64,000 nucleotides of DNA from an uncultured Clostridia bacterium. GTDB lineage: Bacteria; Bacillota; Clostridia; Oscillospirales; CAG-272. This document shows, piece by piece, positions 1 to 6,755 of the stretch. The position numbers and the translations under genes are program-made. Position 1 is the stretch's first letter. Every line of letters begins with the position of its first letter. Location: positions 12,750-76,749 of the forward strand of contig CANPZU010000002.1 in assembly GCA_947588825.1 (NCBI GenBank), in the 5' to 3' direction. The notes beneath the pieces are model-generated. The model was given only the letters and a program-made list of their open reading frames with translations. It had not been told where the DNA came from and searched no databases.

Positions 1-145
1 TGCTCGCATCCGTCATACCGGCATTCTCGCTTTGAAAGAGCTTCATCGTGACTCCTATGCAGTCATAGCCCCTCTCGGTCATTAAATACGCCGCGACGGC
101 GGAATCCACTCCCCCGCTCATGGCGATCAACGCTTTTTTACTCAT
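1..145 (-). CDS. mnmA: tRNA 2-thiouridine synthase MnmA, N-terminal fragment (gene runs off window start)
   Basis: Minus-strand ATG at 145 translates to [37 protein letters not shown]. The SGGxDS PP-loop is present. The gene lies downstream of nifS-nifU. Confidence 0.75.
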   Translation of the reverse strand, partial: MSKKALIAMSGGVDSAVAAYLMTERGYDCIGVTMKLFQSENAGMTDAS

Positions 146-161
146 TATTGCCTATAAATAT

Positions 162-208
162 GGGGGACTTTTATAAAAAACGTCCCCCGTATCCCTTCAA
201 AAATTTTA
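162..208 (+). repeat. Diverged copy of repeat module A (hairpin GGGGGAC-N13-GTCCCCC plus GTATCCCTTCAAAAATTTT tail)
   Basis: Colinear with GGGGAGC..GCCTCCCCGAACCCCTGCAAAAACTTT at 6186, 12804 and 57172. The stem changes are compensatory. Confidence 0.5.
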
Positions 209-261
209 TTGCGGCAGATTATACATTGATAAAATGAAAGAACTTGCCCGGCTGAAAAAAC

Positions 262-837
262 TTATCCTGCAAAGCTGTTGTATGTATCCTCGCAGCTGCG
301 CATTGCGAGGATAGTTCTTTCAATGAGATCATCAAGCTCCCATGAGAGCATCTCAGCGCCGCGTGCAATGACATCTCTTGAGCATCCCGCCGCAAAGTTC
401 GGCGTTTTGAACTTCTTTTTCACCGATTTCAGCTCAAGGTCGCTCACGCTCTTGGAGGGACGCATGATGGCGACCGCTCCGATAAGCCCGGTCAGCTCAT
501 CGACCGCGTAAAGCACCTTCTCCATTTCATGCCTCGGCTCAATATCAACGGTCAGCTTGTATCCGTGGCTTGCGGCGGCGCGTATAATGCGCTCGTCGAT
601 CCCCATTGACCTCATTATCTCCTGCTCTTTTATGCAATGCTGCTCGGGATAAAGCTCAAAATCAAGGTCATGCAGCAGTCCTACAATACCCCAAAACTCC
701 TCTTCCTCGCCATACCCCAGCTCTCTTGCAAAATAGCGCATAACGCCCTCGAGTATAACGGCGTGCTTTAGGTGAAAAGGCTCCTTGTTGTACTTGCAAA
801 GCAGCTCCCACGCCTGTTCCCGCGTAAATTCGGCCAT
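262..837 (-). CDS. HD-domain metal-dependent phosphohydrolase
   Basis: 191-aa ORF with an ATG start. The motif H..GLLHDLD fits the HD superfamily. Confidence 0.7.
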   Translation of the reverse strand: MAEFTREQAWELLCKYNKEPFHLKHAVILEGVMRYFARELGYGEEEEFWGIVGLLHDLDFELYPEQHCIKEQEIMRSMGIDERIIRAAASHGYKLTVDIEPRHEMEKVLYAVDELTGLIGAVAIMRPSKSVSDLELKSVKKKFKTPNFAAGCSRDVIARGAEMLSWELDDLIERTILAMRSCEDTYNSFAG

Positions 838-848
838 TTTTCCCTCCG

Positions 849-1292
849 TCAGATCTCGCAGCCGCCGTCAGAGCAGTGCGCGCATGAGTCGCAGTCGGGA
901 AACAGACTGTGATCGTACTCTATACCGTTTTTGTCGTAATAATCCTTGATAGCCGCCTTTACGGCCTCCTCGGCGAGAACCGAGCAGTGAATCTTGTGAG
1001 GGGGAAGTCCGTCAAGCGCCTCTACCACCGCCTTGTTTGTAAGCTCAAGCGCCCTGTCAAGAGGCTGTCCCTTGATCATCTCAGTTGCCATAGAGCTTGA
1101 CGCTATGGCGCTCCCGCATCCGAAGGTATTGAACTTGACGTCGGCTATGACGTTGTTTTCAATCTTCAGGTAAATCTTCATGATATCGCCGCACTTGGCG
1201 TTACCCACCTCTCCGACGCCGTCGGCGTCCTCAATTACTCCCACATTGCGCGGGTGCATAAAATGGTCCATTACCTTTTCACTGTATAACAT
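849..1292 (-). CDS. nifU: Fe-S cluster assembly scaffold NifU/IscU
   Basis: MLYSEKVMDHFMHPRNVG..GNAKCGD..FGCGSAIASSS is the canonical IscU/NifU N-domain. It overlaps the nifS stop by 14 nt. Confidence 0.9.
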   Translation of the reverse strand: MLYSEKVMDHFMHPRNVGVIEDADGVGEVGNAKCGDIMKIYLKIENNVIADVKFNTFGCGSAIASSSMATEMIKGQPLDRALELTNKAVVEALDGLPPHKIHCSVLAEEAVKAAIKDYYDKNGIEYDHSLFPDCDSCAHCSDGGCEI

Positions 1293-2469
1293 ATTTCTTC
1301 TTACCCTCCTGTAAATCTCTCCAAACGGGCGACATATCCCTTAAATAGCTCACCGTGTCTTTGACTGATTTTATAATGTATTCGACTTCCTCCATGGTGT
1401 TCTCCTCTGAAAGAGAAAGTCTCAGCGAACCGTGCGCCACGTCGTGCGGCCTGCCTATTGCGAGCAGAACATGGCTCGGGTCAAGAGAACCCGACGTGCA
1501 TGCCGACCCGGAGGAAGCGCATATTCCCTTTGAGTCAAGCAGCAAAAGAAGCGATTCTCCCTCGATTCCTTCAAAACAGACGTTGACGTTGCCGGGAAGA
1601 CGGCGCACGGAATCCCCGTTCAGGATCGTGTGGGGAATCTGCATTATGCCGTTTATAAGAGCGTCTCTTAGAACCGTAAGCTTTTTCGAGCTCTCGTCTA
1701 TGCGCGAGACGGCGTCCTCAAGCGCTGCCGCAAGCCCCATTATGGCCGGAATATTCTCCGTGCCGGCGCGCTTTCCTCTTTCCTGCGCGCCTCCTTCAAT
1801 AAGATTTGTAATGCTCACTCCACGCCTTGCATACAGCACTCCGACCCCCTTGGGACCGTAAAACTTGTGCGCGGACAGGGAAAGCATGTCTATGTTGTCC
1901 TTGACTACGTCAACCTTTATATGTCCGATTGCTTGGACCGCGTCGGTGTGAAAGAGCACTCCCTTTTCCCTGCATATGCCGCCTATTTCGGCAATCGGCT
2001 GAATGGAGCCTATCTCGTTGTTTGCGTACATCACACTGACAAGACAAGTGTCGGGGCGTATCGCACTTTTAAGTTCATCCGTCCTCACAATGCCGTTTTC
2101 ATGCGCGTCAAGCAAAGTGATCTCAAATCCGTTTTTTTTCAGCTTGTCAAGGGTGTGAAGCACCGCGTGATGCTCAATGGCGGTAGATATTATGTGCTTT
2201 TTGTTTTTTCTCGCACCTATCGCCGCCGCCGAAAGAATCGCCTGATTGTCCGACTCGCTTCCGCCTGAGGTAAAGTATATCTCTCTCGGAGTGCAGCCAA
2301 GCGCGCCCGCCACCCTTTCCCGCGCGCTTGCGAGCGCTTCGGCGGCCCGTTGTCCCACACTGTGCAAACTTGATGGGTTACCGTATACCTGATCGAGATA
2401 TGGGAGCATGGCCTCTATCGCCCTTTTGCTCATCTTGGTAGTCGCCGCATTATCGGCATATACGTTCAT
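1279..2469 (-). CDS. nifS: Cysteine desulfurase NifS/IscS (PLP-dependent)
   Basis: 396 aa with ..SLSAHKFYGPKGVG.. (PLP lysine) and ..SSGSACTSG.. (active-site Cys loop). Confidence 0.9.
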   Translation of the reverse strand: MNVYADNAATTKMSKRAIEAMLPYLDQVYGNPSSLHSVGQRAAEALASARERVAGALGCTPREIYFTSGGSESDNQAILSAAAIGARKNKKHIISTAIEHHAVLHTLDKLKKNGFEITLLDAHENGIVRTDELKSAIRPDTCLVSVMYANNEIGSIQPIAEIGGICREKGVLFHTDAVQAIGHIKVDVVKDNIDMLSLSAHKFYGPKGVGVLYARRGVSITNLIEGGAQERGKRAGTENIPAIMGLAAALEDAVSRIDESSKKLTVLRDALINGIMQIPHTILNGDSVRRLPGNVNVCFEGIEGESLLLLLDSKGICASSGSACTSGSLDPSHVLLAIGRPHDVAHGSLRLSLSEENTMEEVEYIIKSVKDTVSYLRDMSPVWRDLQEGKKKYVIQ

Positions 2470-2549
2470 TTTATATATCCTCCTGCCGGCCGCGTACGCA
2501 AAAAAGTATACGCGGCCATGTATAATTACAGCCTTAAAGCGTTATGTCC

Positions 2550-3842
2550 TCAATCGCCGAGCGCTCTTGAAAGGTCGGCAATGATGTCGTCTATGTGCTC
2601 GGTGCCTATCGAAAGACGAATCGTGTTGCGCTTTATCCCCTGATCAAGAAGCTCTTTGTCGGTGAGCTGTGAGTGAGTGGTGGTCGCGGGGTGGATAACA
2701 AGACTTTTGACGTCGGCGACGTTTGCAAGCAGCGAAAACACGCAAAGCTTGTCGATAAACTCATGCGCCTCCTTTTGACCGCCCTTTATCTCAAATGTAA
2801 ATATCGACGCGCCGCCGTTCGGAAAATACTTCTTGTAAAGCTCATGGTCGGGATGGTCCGGCAGAGAGGGATGGTTGACCTTCTCCACCTTGGGATGCTT
2901 TGTGAGAAATTCCACAACCTTTTTTGTGTTCTCAACATGACGGTCAATACGCAAAGAGAGTGTTTCAACGCCCTGAAGAAGCAAAAACGCGTTAAAGGGA
3001 GATATCGCGCCGCCCATGTCGCGCAGAAGTATCGCGCGTACATATGCCGCAAAAGCGCCCGGCCCCACGCTGTCGGCAAAGGACACGCCGTGATAACTGG
3101 GATTCGGCTCGGCAATCGGCGCATATTTTCCGCTCGCCTTCCAATTGAATTTTCCCGAGTCGACAATAACTCCTCCAAGCGTCGTACCGTGTCCTCCGAT
3201 AAACTTTGTCGCGGAGTGCACCACTATGTCCGCTCCGTGCTCTATCGGACGAATGAGATATGGGGTTCCGAAAGTGTTGTCAATGACAAGCGGCAAACCG
3301 TGTTTGTGAGCGATCTCTGCTATCTTGTCAATGTCGGGAATGTCGCTGTTCGGATTGCCCAGCGTTTCAAGATATATTGCCTTTGTGTTGTCCTTTATCG
3401 CCCCTTCGACCTCTCCTATATCATGAGCGTTAACAAACGTGGTCTCCACTCCGAACTGCGCAAGAGTGTGCGCAAGAAGGTTATATGTGCCGCCGTATAT
3501 GGTCTTCTGCGCCACTATGTGATCGCCTTTCTGCGCGAGCGCCTGAATCGTGTAGGTTATTGCCGCCGCTCCCGACGCGGTCGCAAGTGCGGCCACACCT
3601 CCTTCAAGAGCCGCTATGCGGGTTTCAAAAGCTTCCTGCGTTGAATTGTTGAGCCTGCCGTAAATATTGCCGGGCTCCTCAAGCGAAAAACGGGCAGCGG
3701 CATGCGCCGAATTTTTAAATACGTATGAAGTGGTCTGATAAATAGGCACCGCTCTTGCGTCTGAAGCCGGGTCGGGCGTCTCTTGCCCCGCGTGAAGCTG
3801 TATCGTTTCAAATTTAAAATTATTGTCGTATGTATATCTCAT
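2550..3842 (-). CDS. metY: O-acetylhomoserine sulfhydrylase (Cys/Met-metabolism PLP enzyme)
   Basis: Homology begins at [21 protein letters not shown].. (ATG at 3842) and includes ..[11 protein letters not shown].. The 76 upstream codons of the tracked ORF look non-coding. Confidence 0.85.
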   Translation of the reverse strand: MRYTYDNNFKFETIQLHAGQETPDPASDARAVPIYQTTSYVFKNSAHAAARFSLEEPGNIYGRLNNSTQEAFETRIAALEGGVAALATASGAAAITYTIQALAQKGDHIVAQKTIYGGTYNLLAHTLAQFGVETTFVNAHDIGEVEGAIKDNTKAIYLETLGNPNSDIPDIDKIAEIAHKHGLPLVIDNTFGTPYLIRPIEHGADIVVHSATKFIGGHGTTLGGVIVDSGKFNWKASGKYAPIAEPNPSYHGVSFADSVGPGAFAAYVRAILLRDMGGAISPFNAFLLLQGVETLSLRIDRHVENTKKVVEFLTKHPKVEKVNHPSLPDHPDHELYKKYFPNGGASIFTFEIKGGQKEAHEFIDKLCVFSLLANVADVKSLVIHPATTTHSQLTDKELLDQGIKRNTIRLSIGTEHIDDIIADLSRALGD

Positions 3843-4096
3843 ATTATTTAATACCTCGTATAATTTATTTAATTTCTCTATTTGTTTTCTTGTTGTCGGC
3901 TTTGGAACAATATTAGCAGTATCAATATCTCCTCTTGCCTGAATATTATTGTCTTTTTGCCTCGCGGTTATGTGCGAGCGTGCAAAAGTCACATTCGACC
4001 GTTGCGGAAATTGTGCCTGAGCGCTGTTTGTACTAAATAATTCATATAAACGCCGCCTTTCATAAAACACTAAATGCCTATCTGTTTGGTATGTAA

Positions 4097-4125
4097 ATTA
4101 TATCGAATACATCGTGCTTTGTCAA
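4097..4125 (-). promoter_or_regulatory. Sigma-A-type promoter for metY (TTGACA-17-TATAAT)
   Basis: The minus strand reads TTGACAaagcacgatgtattcgaTATAAT. This leaves a leader of about 245 nt before the metY ATG. Confidence 0.55.
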
Positions 4126-4226
4126 GAGCATATTTGTAAAAAAGTAAAATTTTTTTTGAACGCCCTGAGCGCGGCGCCCCGGAACGCTTTTTTAAACTGT
4201 CACGGTAAAATACCGTAAACCCCTGC

Positions 4227-4265
4227 CTCTTTTCGGCCGCTCTTTTCTGCCGCTCTTTTCGGTGT
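4227..4265. repeat. 13-bp tandem repeat x3 (CTCTTTTCGGCCG-like)
   Basis: ctcttttcggccg / ctcttttctgccg / ctcttttcggtgt read directly in the metY-cysK divergent region. Confidence 0.6.
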
Positions 4266-4299
4266 GCCAAAGGCCCTTTGACCTCCCTTTAGAAAGCGT

Positions 4300-4354
4300 A
4301 TTTTTATAAGATTTTTATAAGATTTTTATAAGATTTTTATATGGTTTTTATAAT
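4300..4354. repeat. 11-bp tandem repeat, about 5 copies (ATTTTTATAAG), with phased T5 tracts
   Basis: Three exact units at 4300, 4311 and 4322, followed by two degenerate units. The 11-bp phasing of T-tracts is read directly. Confidence 0.8.
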
Positions 4355-4478
4355 AAGGACGTTTCATCCCTCGCTAAGCGCGACAAAAGTCCCCTCCTCT
4401 TGCCTTCTACGTTTCATAAGCGGAAAACATGCCTGCATGCCCTTTGTGCGAAAAATTTTATTTTTTTGCAGTTTCCCC

Positions 4479-4507
4479 TTGACATATTCTTTAATCGGTG
4501 ATATAAT
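4479..4507 (+). promoter_or_regulatory. Sigma-A-type promoter for cysK (TTGACA-17-TATAAT)
   Basis: TTGACAtattctttaatcggtgaTATAAT lies about 60 nt upstream of the cysK ATG. Confidence 0.6.
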
Positions 4508-4568
4508 GCCTATAAAACCTATAGGCGTTTAAAAAAACAACAAAAAAGGAAAAAAGGAGAGAACCAAA

Positions 4569-5498
4569 ATGAAAGTATACAACAGCATCACCGAGCTGAT
4601 AGGACATACTCCTCTTTTAAGGCTCGTAAATTTCATTAAGGAAAACAATATAGAAGCTGACATTCTCGCAAAACTTGAGTACTTCAACCCCGCCGGAAGC
4701 GTTAAAGACCGCATTGCAAAGGCAATGATCGACGACGCCGAGGCAAAGGGCGCCTTAAAGCCGGGGGCTGTCATTATCGAACCTACCAGCGGAAACACCG
4801 GTATAGGTCTCGCCGCTGTCGCCTCCTCAAAAGGCTACAGAGTTATTCTCACCATGCCCGAGACGATGAGCGTCGAAAGACGCAACCTGCTTCGTGCATA
4901 CGGGGCTGAACTTGTGCTCACCGAAGGGGCAAAGGGCATGAAGGGCGCTATCGATAAGGCAAACGAACTCGCCGCCTCAATCAAAGGAAGCTTTATACCA
5001 GGTCAGTTCGTTAACCCCGCTAACCCCGCTGCCCATAAGGCCGCAACCGGCCCCGAAATATGGGAGGATACCGAGGGTATGGTCGACATATTCGTCGCGG
5101 GCGTCGGCACCGGCGGCACTCTCTCCGGCGTCGGCGAATATCTCAAAAGCAAAAAGCCCGGTGTCAGAGTAATCGCCGTGGAACCCGCCTCCTCCCCCGT
5201 GCTCTCAAAGGGTACCCCCGGACCGCATAAAATCCAGGGCATTGGAGCCGGTTTTGTTCCCGATACGCTCAATACCTCAATATATGACGAAATTATTACG
5301 GTAGACAGCGAAGACGCCTTTAAAATGGGCAAAACCCTCGCAAGAAAAGAAGGACTCCTCGTTGGTATCTCCTCAGGCGCCGCATTGGCAGCCGCCGCAA
5401 AACTCGCAAAACGCCCCGAAAACAAGGGCAAAACAATCGTCGTCCTTATGCCCGATACCGGAGAAAGATATCTCTCTACCCCTATGTTCTCCGACTGA
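4569..5498 (+). CDS. cysK: Cysteine synthase A (O-acetylserine sulfhydrylase)
   Basis: 309 aa with ..[11 protein letters not shown].. (PLP lysine) and ..[10 protein letters not shown].. RBS is AAGGAGAG. Confidence 0.92.
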   Translation: MKVYNSITELIGHTPLLRLVNFIKENNIEADILAKLEYFNPAGSVKDRIAKAMIDDAEAKGALKPGAVIIEPTSGNTGIGLAAVASSKGYRVILTMPETMSVERRNLLRAYGAELVLTEGAKGMKGAIDKANELAASIKGSFIPGQFVNPANPAAHKAATGPEIWEDTEGMVDIFVAGVGTGGTLSGVGEYLKSKKPGVRVIAVEPASSPVLSKGTPGPHKIQGIGAGFVPDTLNTSIYDEIITVDSEDAFKMGKTLARKEGLLVGISSGAALAAAAKLAKRPENKGKTIVVLMPDTGERYLSTPMFSD

Positions 5499-5522
5499 AA
5501 ATAATTAAAACTAATTTTAAAT

Positions 5523-5567
5523 GGCTGATGCTGACACGGTTGCCTGCATCAGCCGCCCTTTTTTTCG
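5523..5567 (+). terminator. Intrinsic terminator after cysK
   Basis: GGCTGATGC-N14-GCATCAGCC followed by GCCCTTTTTTT. It lies between convergent cysK and the Rrf2 gene. Confidence 0.7.
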
Positions 5568-5596
5568 CTTTTGTTTTTTGCTTTCTTTATATTCTT

Positions 5597-6034
5597 TTAT
5601 ATCACATAATTGTTCATGTATTTTTCACGCTGCTGGTCGAGTATGTCTTGAAGTGTAATTGAATCAAGATACTCGTTTATAACCTTGTAAAGCCCTTGCC
5701 ATACCGGAAGCGTCGCACAGTCGGCACTCCTCTCACATTCCATTTCCCCGTTTCCAAGACACGCAACAGGCGATAGACTTCCCTCCGTAAGACGCAGTAT
5801 GTCGCCCACTGAGTATTTGTCGGGAGATCTTGAAAGCCGATACCCTCCCTGAAATCCTCTGTTCGTTTTTAAAAAATCGCCTTGGTTGAATAAAGGAACA
5901 ATCTGCTCAAGATATTTTTTCGATATGTTCTGACGCTGCGCTATCTCCTTGAGCGATACGTATCCCGCACTTTGATGCTCGGCAAGGTCAATAAGCATCC
6001 GTAACGCATATCGACCTTTTGTGGAAATCATCAT
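5597..6034 (-). CDS. Rrf2-family transcriptional regulator (CymR/IscR-like)
   Basis: MMISTKGRYALRMLIDLAEH..SLKEIAQRQNISKKYLEQI.. is the typical Rrf2 wHTH. Start placed at the ATG after a GGGGAG RBS. Confidence 0.85.
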   Translation of the reverse strand: MMISTKGRYALRMLIDLAEHQSAGYVSLKEIAQRQNISKKYLEQIVPLFNQGDFLKTNRGFQGGYRLSRSPDKYSVGDILRLTEGSLSPVACLGNGEMECERSADCATLPVWQGLYKVINEYLDSITLQDILDQQREKYMNNYVI

Positions 6035-6185
6035 TTTTATCACAACTCCCCACATATTTTTTCACTTTATGATAACATATTTTTTTCCGCCTTTCAAGCC
6101 TTTATACGAAAATTTGTGACCAATATTCATCTCCCGCACCGTCGGATGAAAAAACGTCCCGTTGGTCAAAATATATCGCCCTTTC

Positions 6186-6263
6186 GGGGAGCTTTTTGAA
6201 AAAAGCCTCCCCGAACCCCTGCAAAAACTTTAAAACTATAAAGACAGCCGCGTTTGTGCGACC
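6186..6263 (+). repeat. Repeat module A, copy 1
   Basis: GGGGAGCTTTTTGAAAAAAGCCTCCCC hairpin, GAACCCCTGCAAAAACTTTAAAACT, then a CCGCGTTTGTGCG hairpin. Near-identical at 12804, 57172 and, inverted, at 21245 and 21337. Confidence 0.85.
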
Positions 6264-6270
6264 TTTTCTG

Positions 6271-6453
6271 CTTTATAAACCTTAGAGTGGAATCTTCATT
6301 AGCGCGGACGCTCTGCCGCCCTTCGGGCGTGCAGAGTCAGGAGAAAGGGGTACGGCGTCGGGGGAAAGCGAGCTTTCACCGAGTCGTCGTACCCCTTTCT
6401 CCTGACCTTGCGGGGCAAAGCCCCGCAAGGCCCGCCGCGCCGCACTACGGTTT
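6271..6453 (+). repeat. Repeat module C, copy 1 (three consecutive stem-loops)
   Basis: CTTTATAAACCTTAGAG...CGCACTACGGTTT. Homologous to 57257-57440 (+) and 21056-21239 (-). Confidence 0.85.
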
Positions 6454-6466
6454 CTTTATTTAATTT

Positions 6467-6690
6467 GTTTCCCCGGCTTTTCAAAAGCCGGCGGGTCGAG
6501 GGCAGAGCCCCGTCGCGCCCGCAGGCGCGAAAGGCCCTTAAATAAGCGATGCACGCAAATAAGGCATCCGTGCCGCGCTGCGGTTTACTTTGTTTGTTTC
6601 CCCGGCTTTTTATAAAGCCGGCGACGGTCAAGGGCGAGGAGCCCTTGTCGCGCCCGCAGGCGCGAAAGGCCCATTAATAAGCGATGCGTA
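6467..6690 (+). repeat. Repeat module B, two tandem units
   Basis: Each unit has a CCGGCTTTT.AAAAGCCGG hairpin, a GGGC..GCCC hairpin and a CGCGCC-CGCA-GGCGCG hairpin. Unit cores lie at 6467-6533 and 6596-6668. Confidence 0.85.
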
Positions 6691-6696
6691 CAAAAT

Positions 6697-6740
6697 AAAA
6701 GCAAGAGCGCTCATCCTTACAGACGGGCGTTCCTGCATTT
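6697..6740 (-). terminator. Probable intrinsic terminator after pnp
   Basis: The minus strand reads GCAGGAACGC-N16-GCGCUCUUGC followed by UUUUAUUUUG. The stem is imperfect. Confidence 0.45.
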
Positions 6741-6755
6741 TAAGCAATATAGCAA

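Noticed and set aside
3843-4070. N-terminal 76-codon extension of the metY ORF.
   Set aside because: Homology to O-acetylhomoserine sulfhydrylases starts at [19 protein letters not shown]. The extension would begin upstream of the likely transcription start implied by the consensus promoter at 4097-4125, and it is compositionally non-coding.
3843-4096. SAM-I (S-box) or Met T-box riboswitch in the metY leader.
   Set aside because: I searched the minus-strand leader by eye for the GGUGGNACCGCG T-box motif and the SAM-I core (GAGGGA...GCCC...GCAACC) and found neither. Only weak local hairpins are present. It is therefore left unannotated rather than called.
6467-6690. Possibility that the tandem B units are a small CRISPR array.
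   Set aside because: There are only two units. The 'spacer' between units is itself conserved between loci. The units are multi-hairpin and about 70 bp long, there are no cas genes, and the same block occurs in both orientations.
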